Below are positions 7,115 through 13,883 of a DNA stretch of 24,000 bases, one piece after another. The stretch is taken from NCBI GenBank assembly GCA_041659885.1, contig JBAZXN010000003.1, positions 53,980 to 77,979 on the forward strand, read 5' to 3'. The stretch's first letter is position 1. Each line of letters starts with the position of its first letter. The stretch is from Tatlockia sp. GTDB taxonomy: Bacteria > Pseudomonadota > Gammaproteobacteria > Legionellales > Legionellaceae. The position numbers and the translations under genes were made by a program. The notes below the pieces were generated by a model. That model saw nothing but the letters and a program-made list of their open reading frames with translations. It was not told the origin of the DNA and ran no database searches.

Positions 7115-8971
7115 ATGCAGAATAAATATCCTCTTTGGAAAAATATTATGCTTATCGCCCTTGTGGTGATTGGTTTAATGTATGCGATACCCAATTTATA
7201 CAGTGAAGATCCTGCGGTGCAGGTTTCTTCACCGACAACGGTTGATATGGACCAACTCTCGCAACAGGTTGTAACCTTATTGAATGAAGCCAAAATACCC
7301 AACCGGGGTATTGCCATTTCGGGCGATCACCTGGAAATCCGCTTCAATTCACCGGATACGCAGCTTCTGGCGAAAGACGTAATCAAAAACGGGCTGGGCT
7401 CGCAGTACACGGTGGCTTTGAATTTGGCTCCTGCAACGCCACGCTGGTTTAGCTCTATCGGTGCTGAACCGATGAAGCAAGGTCTGGATTTGCGCGGAGG
7501 GGTGCATTTTCTGCTTGAAGTCGATGTGGACAGCTTGATTAGCCGACGTTTTGAAGGGTTAATGAAGGGTATCGGGCAAAATCTTCGGGAAGCCGGTATT
7601 CGCTATTCTGGCATTCGCTACGTTGCCGATAAAGGGATTGACATTCGTTTTCGTTCCCCGGAAATCATGGACACTGCCTTGATTGAAATTAAGGACAAAT
7701 TTCCTAATTTGAATGTAACCAAATCGGAAGTGACCAATTCCCTGACAGCAACCTTAACGCCTGCGGAAATAAACCAGATTCGTCAAAACACCATTGAACA
7801 AACCATGAGTATTTTACGGAACAGGGTCAATGAACTGGGTGTTGGTGAAGCGGTGGTGCAACAGCAGGGGGCTACTCGCATTGGCGTGGATTTACCCGGT
7901 ATTCAGGATGCTGCGCGTGCCAAACAAATCCTGGGTGGAACCGCTACCTTGCAATTTTATCTGGTGGATGACACAAACGATGCCCAGATTGCCAAGCAAA
8001 CAGGAGCTGTACCCGTCAGCAGTAAATTGTACATGATGGATGGCAGGCCTATTCTTTTGAAAAGGCAGCTTGTATTAAGTGGGGATTCCATCACCAGTGC
8101 GGTTTCAAGCTTTGATCAGCAAACGGCAAGTCCTTCCGTCCAAATTCAACTGGGCGGGGGGGGCGAAAGCTTGTTTACCCGAATTACCCGCGACAACATT
8201 GGTAAACGCATGGCGATTGTGTATGTAGAGACCAAAGCCACTGCCGAGACAGTCAATGGGAAAGAGCTGCGTACAACCCATCGGGAAGAGCGTGTAATCA
8301 GTGCACCGGTGATTCAAAATGCATTGGGAAATAATTTCCAAATTACCGGTTTAACCGACAGCAAGGAAGCGAGTAACCTGGCACTCTTGCTGAGAGCAGG
8401 CGCTTTGCCTGCGGTGATTTATCCTGTGGAAGAACGTACCGTAGGCCCATCGCTAGGTAAAGAAAATATCCATCGCGGGCTTGTATCCCTTGAAGTGGGC
8501 ATGGGATTAATTCTTGTCCTGATGCTGATTTATTACCACTTCTTTGGTTTGGTCGCAAACATTGCTCTCTTTTTAAACCTGATTTTGCTGAGTGCGCTGA
8601 TGTCTATTATTGGTGCAACGCTGACTTTACCAGGTATTGCCGGTTTCGTATTAACCGTCGGGATGGCGGTGGATGCCAACGTACTGATTTACGAGCGGAT
8701 TCGGGAGGAGCTTCGCAATGGCATGAGTCCGCAAGCAGCAGTGTATGCGGGGTATGATCGCGCCTTTTCAACGATTATGGATGCAAACGTCACCACACTC
8801 ATTGTCGGGATAATCTTATTTGCAATAGGAACTGGCCCCGTGCGTGGTTTTGCGGTAATCCTTTGTTTGGGAATACTCACCTCCATGCTAACAAGCATCA
8901 CTTACACCCGTGCACTCGTGAATTGGTTCTACGGTAGTCGTAATGTGAAAAAATTATCAATTGGCATTTGA
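7115..8971 (+). CDS. secD: Protein translocase subunit SecD
   Basis: Start at ATG 7115 (MQNKYPLWKNIMLIALVV...); the upstream extension in the ORF track overlaps yajC. Large periplasmic domain, then a C-terminal 6-TM bundle with GIAGFVLTVGMAVDANVLIYERIREE. Confidence 0.95.
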   Translation: MQNKYPLWKNIMLIALVVIGLMYAIPNLYSEDPAVQVSSPTTVDMDQLSQQVVTLLNEAKIPNRGIAISGDHLEIRFNSPDTQLLAKDVIKNGLGSQYTVALNLAPATPRWFSSIGAEPMKQGLDLRGGVHFLLEVDVDSLISRRFEGLMKGIGQNLREAGIRYSGIRYVADKGIDIRFRSPEIMDTALIEIKDKFPNLNVTKSEVTNSLTATLTPAEINQIRQNTIEQTMSILRNRVNELGVGEAVVQQQGATRIGVDLPGIQDAARAKQILGGTATLQFYLVDDTNDAQIAKQTGAVPVSSKLYMMDGRPILLKRQLVLSGDSITSAVSSFDQQTASPSVQIQLGGGGESLFTRITRDNIGKRMAIVYVETKATAETVNGKELRTTHREERVISAPVIQNALGNNFQITGLTDSKEASNLALLLRAGALPAVIYPVEERTVGPSLGKENIHRGLVSLEVGMGLILVLMLIYYHFFGLVANIALFLNLILLSALMSIIGATLTLPGIAGFVLTVGMAVDANVLIYERIREELRNGMSPQAAVYAGYDRAFSTIMDANVTTLIVGIILFAIGTGPVRGFAVILCLGILTSMLTSITYTRALVNWFYGSRNVKKLSIGI

Positions 8972-8983
8972 AAAGAGGCTTAG

Positions 8984-9901
8984 ATGGAATTTTTTAATCC
9001 AAACTCAAACATCGATTTTATGGGTGCTCGCAAGTGGACCGCTCTGCTGTCTATACTCATTTTCGTAGTCTCCATCGGCGCTTTGTTGATGAACGGCTTG
9101 AAATGGGGCTTAGACTTTACTGGCGGCACTCAAATTGAAGTGACTTATCCAACACCCGTTGATCTCTCAACTATTCGTGAAAACTTGTACAAGGCAGGTT
9201 TTAAAGAAGCGCAGGTAGTGAGCTACGGTACTTCAAGGGATGTATTAATCAGCATTGCTCCGCGTGCTGACCTTGAGCAAGCAAGCCTCACGGATAAGGT
9301 AATGCAACAGTTACCCGGCGCAACCAAACAACGGGTTGATTTTGTGGGGCCGCAGGTAGGGCAGGAGCTGGCTACAAAAGGCGCCTTGGCCATCATTGTC
9401 GCCTTACTTGCAACCATGTTGTATATTGCCATGCGGTTTGAATACCGACTGGCGGTCAGCTCAGCAGTGGCCCTTGTGCATGATCCCGTCTTGATTTTAG
9501 GTGTTTTTGCCTTGTTTGGGATTGAGTTTGATCTCAAAGCGCTTGCCGGTTTATTGGCGGTTATCGGTTATTCATTAAACGACACCATCGTGGTTTTTGA
9601 CCGGGTGCGAGAGAATTTTATCAAAGTCCGAAGGGCAACCCCCTTGGAAATCATGAATACGTCCATTAACCAAACCCTATCTCGAACCATTATGACTTCA
9701 GTGTTGACCCTGTTTGTTGTCGTGGCCTTGTTTATTTACGGTGGCGAAACGATTCACGGATTTGCGCTGGCTTTAATCATCGGAATTGTCGTTGGAACCT
9801 ATTCATCCATTTACGTTGCAGGGGCTTTAGCTGTGGCAATGGGGCTGGATAAAAAAGATTTTATGCCGGTGCAACGCAGGGAAATTGATGAAAGGCCTTA
9901 A
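8984..9901 (+). CDS. secF: Protein translocase subunit SecF
   Basis: 305 aa. Motifs GLDFTGGT, YSLNDTIVVFDRVREN. AAGAGG RBS. Immediately downstream of secD. Confidence 0.95.
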   Translation: MEFFNPNSNIDFMGARKWTALLSILIFVVSIGALLMNGLKWGLDFTGGTQIEVTYPTPVDLSTIRENLYKAGFKEAQVVSYGTSRDVLISIAPRADLEQASLTDKVMQQLPGATKQRVDFVGPQVGQELATKGALAIIVALLATMLYIAMRFEYRLAVSSAVALVHDPVLILGVFALFGIEFDLKALAGLLAVIGYSLNDTIVVFDRVRENFIKVRRATPLEIMNTSINQTLSRTIMTSVLTLFVVVALFIYGGETIHGFALALIIGIVVGTYSSIYVAGALAVAMGLDKKDFMPVQRREIDERP

Positions 9902-9965
9902 ATGCCTGTTCCAACAAAGCTGAGTAATTTTAAAACATTTTTATCATGAGGCGCTTCGCGCAGCA

Positions 9966-10061
9966 GTTGGGCCAAGGCACCAACCTACTTTGAAGTCGTA
10001 TTGTTGGGCCTTGGTCCCACAACATGAGGTCGTATTGTAGGTTGGGCCTCGGCCCAACAAT
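9966..10061. repeat. Cluster of three REP-type hairpins (core GTTGGGCC...GGNCCAAC)
   Basis: GTTGGGCCAAGGCACCAAC (9966-9984); TTGTTGGGCCTTGGTCCCACAACA (10001-10024); ATTGTAGGTTGGGCCTCGGCCCAACAAT (10034-10061, with perfect 8-bp stem GTTGGGCC/GGCCCAAC). The last two are each preceded by GTCGTATTGT. A further half-copy CCAACAAAGCTGAG sits at ~9911. Confidence 0.8.
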
Positions 10062-10075
10062 AACCAATTTGCAAT

Positions 10076-10591
10076 TTATTCACCAAATTGACTACTATCA
10101 AACGCCTCAGCCGTAGCCCAATCCCCTCTGTGAATTGAGCGATGAATACTCGAGTATTGCCATTGCAAAGGCGTTTTCACATACCCATGCTTCACTGGAT
10201 TATAGTATAGGTAATTCATATGGTTTATATAATCTTGTTCGTTTCTAATCGTGTGCTCCCAAAATCTACGCTGCCATATTCCGCGCTCACGTTTGCTTTT
10301 TTTGGAACTATTAATAACCTCTCCAGGTTCAAACTGACGAGAAAAAGCACTTTTTATAAAACCGATGCGTTGAGAATAATTTACCTCATCATTGGGCAAT
10401 GTCATAATGAGATGCAAATGATCAGGGAGTACAACAATCCCATCTATGGTAAAAGGATGGTTTTTTTGCGACTGCAAAAAAGCAATGCGTAATTGGTTTA
10501 TTTTACTGATCAGTAGATTACTTTGTCTGTCCTGTAGCGTTAGAGTAAGAAAATAACTTGCTCGAGGAACATAGACTCGCCGATAGTGCAT
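10076..10591 (-). CDS. REP-associated tyrosine transposase (RAYT; IS200/IS605-like Y1 HUH transposase)
   Basis: 171 aa. HUH motif in LPDHLHLIM; catalytic-Tyr region YLYYNPVKHGYV; N-terminal YFLTLTL pattern. Flanked on both sides by REP hairpins sharing one core. Confidence 0.85.
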   Translation of the reverse strand: MHYRRVYVPRASYFLTLTLQDRQSNLLISKINQLRIAFLQSQKNHPFTIDGIVVLPDHLHLIMTLPNDEVNYSQRIGFIKSAFSRQFEPGEVINSSKKSKRERGIWQRRFWEHTIRNEQDYINHMNYLYYNPVKHGYVKTPLQWQYSSIHRSIHRGDWATAEAFDSSQFGE

Positions 10592-10620
10592 TAAAAAAAA
10601 TTTTTGAATAGCTTATCTAG

Positions 10621-10664
10621 CGCTTTGTTGGGCTGAGAGCCTTAGCCCTCGGCCCAACAAAGCG
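10621..10664. repeat. REP hairpin (REPIN-like) on the other flank of the RAYT gene
   Basis: CGCTTTGTTGGGC (10621-10633) pairs perfectly with GCCCAACAAAGCG (10652-10664). Same GTTGGGC/GCCCAAC core as 9966-10061. Confidence 0.8.
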
Positions 10665-10701
10665 CAGGGGATATTGGTTTTTGACGTGAACCGGTCTTTA
10701 G

Positions 10702-11040
10702 TTAAGAGCCAAGCAATTCATCCACTTTTGCAGCACAAATAAAATCATTGTGCGTCAAGCCTTTTAACGCGTGGGTCATAAATTTTACATGGCAATAATT
10801 GTAGCCCATTTCGATATCCGGGTGATGGTTTTCCTTATTGGCAATCCAGGCTAGTGCATTGACAAACGCCATGGTTTCATAAAAATTGGCAAAAACAAAG
10901 GAACGCTTGATTTCCTTATGATTTGCAGCCACTTCCCAATGCGCATCTAATTGCGGCAGCAGAACCTCAATTTGTGCCGCGGTCAGGGCGCTACCTATTC
11001 CTTCGCAGGATTCACACTGTTTTTGACTTAAATCGCTCAT
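10702..11040 (-). CDS. phhB: 4a-hydroxytetrahydrobiopterin (pterin-4a-carbinolamine) dehydratase
   Basis: 112 aa. CESCEG...LT N-terminus, then FANFYETMAFVNALAWIANKENHHPDIEMGYN, which carries the PCD HHPD motif. Confidence 0.85.
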   Translation of the reverse strand: MSDLSQKQCESCEGIGSALTAAQIEVLLPQLDAHWEVAANHKEIKRSFVFANFYETMAFVNALAWIANKENHHPDIEMGYNYCHVKFMTHALKGLTHNDFICAAKVDELLGS

Positions 11041-12173
11041 TCTGTTTCAAACTCCTTTGGTTGCTGTGCCAGACACATTGCCAGTTTATCGAGAAATTGC
11101 GCATTTTGTCTGGCAGTACCTACGCTAATGCGTAGATGATTGGATAAACCGTATTGCGTTAAGGGGCGCACAATGATGCCTTCCTCTAGCAAATAGCCGT
11201 AGATCAACTCCGCTTTTACCGGACAATGGATGGTTATAAAATTACAATGGGATGGTAGATAACTTACATGCAACGCGTCAAGCCCCTTTCGAAGTTGAGC
11301 GAGACCATCGCGTGTTAAAACCAGGGTTTGATCAATAAATTGCAGATCGTCAAGTGCTGTATACGCTGCAAGAAGAGAAGCCTGATTTACAACAAAAGGC
11401 GGTTGAACTCGTCTCAATAGATCAGTAATTGCAGGATGCGCTATCGCATATCCAAGACGCAAGCCAGCAAGCCCATAGGCTTTGGAAAAGGTGCGCGTAA
11501 TCACTAAATTGGGATGTGTTGCCCAAAGTAAAAGGCTACTGTTGTCGTCTTTCGCATAAGCGAACTCATAATAGGCTTCATCTAACACCAAAAGCGTTGA
11601 TTCGGGAATATGATTTACAAGCCGCTCAATTTCTTTGGGGGGAATTAATAAGCCAGTCGGATTATTGGGGTTAGCAAGAAAGATGATTGCTGTTTCCTCG
11701 GTACATGCCTGAATCATGGCATCAATATCCACTTCCCAATTGGAACGGATTGGAGTCTTTATCACAGGAATACCTAAAGTTTGTGCCTGCACCGCATAGG
11801 AAAGGAACGCCAGTTCATGCGTCAGGATATGTTTTCCCGTGTGCAAGGCAAAAGCCGTGAGCAAAAAGAAAAATAATAAATCACTGCCATTGCCAAGGGT
11901 AAGGCAGTCTTCATGCACCGAAAGTGTGCTACTGAGCTTTGCATGGAGCGGATGATGAAGCGGCGCGGGGTAACCTGCCAATTGGTGTTTTGAAAAAGCC
12001 GCCAGGGCATCGCATACCAGGGAACTACACCCCAGGGGATTTTCGTTGCTGGCCAGTTTAATAATCTCTGTAAGGCCTTTTTCGCGAGCCAGCGATTCAA
12101 TCGATTTACCCGGAATATAGGGTTGTAATGACTGAATTCCAGGATGCGAAAGTTGATAAAAATCACAAGACAA
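11037..12173 (-). CDS. hisC: Histidinol-phosphate/aromatic aminotransferase (HisC family, PLP class II)
   Basis: 378 aa. LASNENPLG, FLANPNNPTG, and PLP-lysine motif TFSKAYGLAGLRLGY. Its stop overlaps the phhB ATG (ATGA, 11037-11040). Confidence 0.8.
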   Translation of the reverse strand: MSCDFYQLSHPGIQSLQPYIPGKSIESLAREKGLTEIIKLASNENPLGCSSLVCDALAAFSKHQLAGYPAPLHHPLHAKLSSTLSVHEDCLTLGNGSDLLFFFLLTAFALHTGKHILTHELAFLSYAVQAQTLGIPVIKTPIRSNWEVDIDAMIQACTEETAIIFLANPNNPTGLLIPPKEIERLVNHIPESTLLVLDEAYYEFAYAKDDNSSLLLWATHPNLVITRTFSKAYGLAGLRLGYAIAHPAITDLLRRVQPPFVVNQASLLAAYTALDDLQFIDQTLVLTRDGLAQLRKGLDALHVSYLPSHCNFITIHCPVKAELIYGYLLEEGIIVRPLTQYGLSNHLRISVGTARQNAQFLDKLAMCLAQQPKEFETE

Positions 12174-12301
12174 AGGATGTCCCCTAAAAAATGCAATAAA
12201 TTTATCTTACCCTAATACTTATTTAAAAGTGAATGCTTTAACTGCTTGAATCCCTTTTGCTTTTTAGCTACGCTCGCAACTCAAACCTCAGGAAATGGAA
12301 T

Positions 12302-13192
12302 ATGCGAAAACAGCAGGGTTTTTCCTTTATTGAAAACCTCATAGCGATTGCTTTATTAAGCAGCGCCTCGCTCGCTTTACTTTATCACCAAATCTATATT
12401 AGCAAAGCGCTTCACACCCTCTCGCGAACAAGCTTGCAAACGATAGAGCGCGAAAATCACACAGAGCAGCAAGGCATGGGGCTTGTGGAATTACTGATTA
12501 GTCTTTTCATCGGGAGCCTTGTGCTTAGCCTTTTGATGCACCAATACCTGCTAGGTAAAACCCATTATGTGCAAACCAATGCACAAATTGAAGAAACAGT
12601 TGATTTGCACATGGTAAGCAGTTTTATGCGAAATAGCCTAAGAAATGCCGGATTTACGCCCTGTAGAGGTATTTCCTCTCTGCAAACCGAAGATACCCGA
12701 AACGGCAAATCCCACTTATCTGCTGTGGAAAGCAAAGGGCAGAGCCTAAGCTTAAACCGCATGAGTGGTGAGTTTAGCACCGTTATTCAGCAATTAAGCC
12801 CAAATGAACTCCTTTTGCGCACCTTTCTCCCGCTGAAAAGCGCACAAAATATTCTTATTGCGGATTGTTTTCATGCGGAAGTCCAACCCTTACCGCGAAT
12901 ACAAAAAACGGCTGGTGGTGCCTACCTTACGCTCAATAAAAAACTGCGTTTTGAATACCAGCCTCCCATCTATGTCGGTGAGTGGATTGAGGAACAATTT
13001 TTTATACAAAAAAACAGTCAAGGGAACCCTGCCTTATTTTATCATCAAAAACGCAGTGAAGAATTGACCGAAACCATACGCTCCCTTGAGCCAGAAATTT
13101 CAAGGCACAAGGGGGGCGCTCGCGTAACCTTGAAACTTGGATTGAAGCAGGGTACATACCAAGTGATTGAAACCCGTGTACGGAATCCCTGA
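12302..13192 (+). CDS. Minor type IV pilin, PilW-like body preceded by a second (PilV-like) prepilin N-terminus in the same frame
   Basis: Start at ATG 12302 (MRKQQG|FSFIENLIAIALLS, a prepilin cleavage/methylation motif). A second motif, EQQG|MGLVELLISLFIGSLVL, lies 55 aa later. The following IEETVDLHMVSSFMRNSLRNAGFTPCRG resembles the PilW conserved block. Confidence 0.7.
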   Translation: MRKQQGFSFIENLIAIALLSSASLALLYHQIYISKALHTLSRTSLQTIERENHTEQQGMGLVELLISLFIGSLVLSLLMHQYLLGKTHYVQTNAQIEETVDLHMVSSFMRNSLRNAGFTPCRGISSLQTEDTRNGKSHLSAVESKGQSLSLNRMSGEFSTVIQQLSPNELLLRTFLPLKSAQNILIADCFHAEVQPLPRIQKTAGGAYLTLNKKLRFEYQPPIYVGEWIEEQFFIQKNSQGNPALFYHQKRSEELTETIRSLEPEISRHKGGARVTLKLGLKQGTYQVIETRVRNP

Positions 13193-13713
13193 TGCGGCAA
13201 GAAGGAATCGTGTTGCTATCGACTTTGCTTGTGATTTTGCTCCTAACGTTTTTCCTGTTGGCGCAAATGCAAGCGATTTATCTTGCAAACAAAATGCTTA
13301 ACATAGGAGTTGAGCAGGCGCATTTTTTTTCGCAATTAGAAAAGGAAGCCTACGCATTGACTCAATTGAACATCCCTTCCCAATGCATGATTAAAGAGCA
13401 AGACCCTCTTGCGGTTAGGGACTTATTAATTCAAAAAAGAGGATGCACTGCCACAAAAGACAAGCTCACTATGCACTATGTGATAGAGGATTTAGGTGTC
13501 GTTCCCTGTATGCGTATCGCACAAGCCAACACCTCATTCAGCACAAGGCATGTGCGATACACCGTCATGGGGATTGGAAAATTTGCTGCTTTTTACCAGC
13601 TGCGCCTGGCAGTACCTGTCAAAGCCTGCGCCTGTGCAGAAAAACAAGCGGTTTTTGTAAATCCAGGACTATTGAGTTGGCACTTCCAGCCCATAGCAAA
13701 TCCGCAAAAATAA
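13192..13713 (+). CDS. PilX-like minor pilin/pilus assembly protein
   Basis: ATG overlaps the upstream TGA (13190-13192). N-terminus MRQEGIVLLSTLLVILLLTFFLLAQMQAIYLANKM resembles the PilX N-terminal domain; 173 aa fits PilX size. Confidence 0.55.
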   Translation: MRQEGIVLLSTLLVILLLTFFLLAQMQAIYLANKMLNIGVEQAHFFSQLEKEAYALTQLNIPSQCMIKEQDPLAVRDLLIQKRGCTATKDKLTMHYVIEDLGVVPCMRIAQANTSFSTRHVRYTVMGIGKFAAFYQLRLAVPVKACACAEKQAVFVNPGLLSWHFQPIANPQK

Positions 13714-13883
13714 GCCTGAACCGGAGCACACCCTTTCTAAGTTTGCTTGAAATAAGAACACAGGATTGGTATTATGTCCACTTATTGCGCAAAGCTACCC
13801 CCTCTACATCCGATAGCGACGGAGTTTCTGTTGATTTGGCAAGCAGTATAAATGCATAATTTTTTTATAGAGGATGGGTATTG

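Noticed and set aside
8156-8163. G8 homopolymer inside secD (and G7 runs at ~1297 and ~3345)
   Set aside because: It is in frame (encodes LGGGGES) within an intact essential gene, with no evidence of frameshift or phase variation.
9966-10664. Repeated short palindromes considered as a CRISPR array
   Set aside because: The units are hairpins with irregular spacing. They are split around a transposase gene, with no uniform repeat-spacer periodicity and no cas genes. This is a REP/RAYT architecture.
11822-12196. 124-aa minus-strand ORF overlapping the 5' end of the aminotransferase gene in another frame
   Set aside because: The aminotransferase frame carries the conserved SNENPLG and PLP-Lys motifs; the alternative frame has no recognisable features.
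13443-13859. 138-aa + strand ORF overlapping the 3' half of pilX and the downstream spacer
   Set aside because: It is an off-frame overlap with the PilX-like CDS. The Cys/His/Arg-rich composition (MHCHKRQAHYALCDRGFRCRS...) is typical of a non-coding frame, and there is no RBS.
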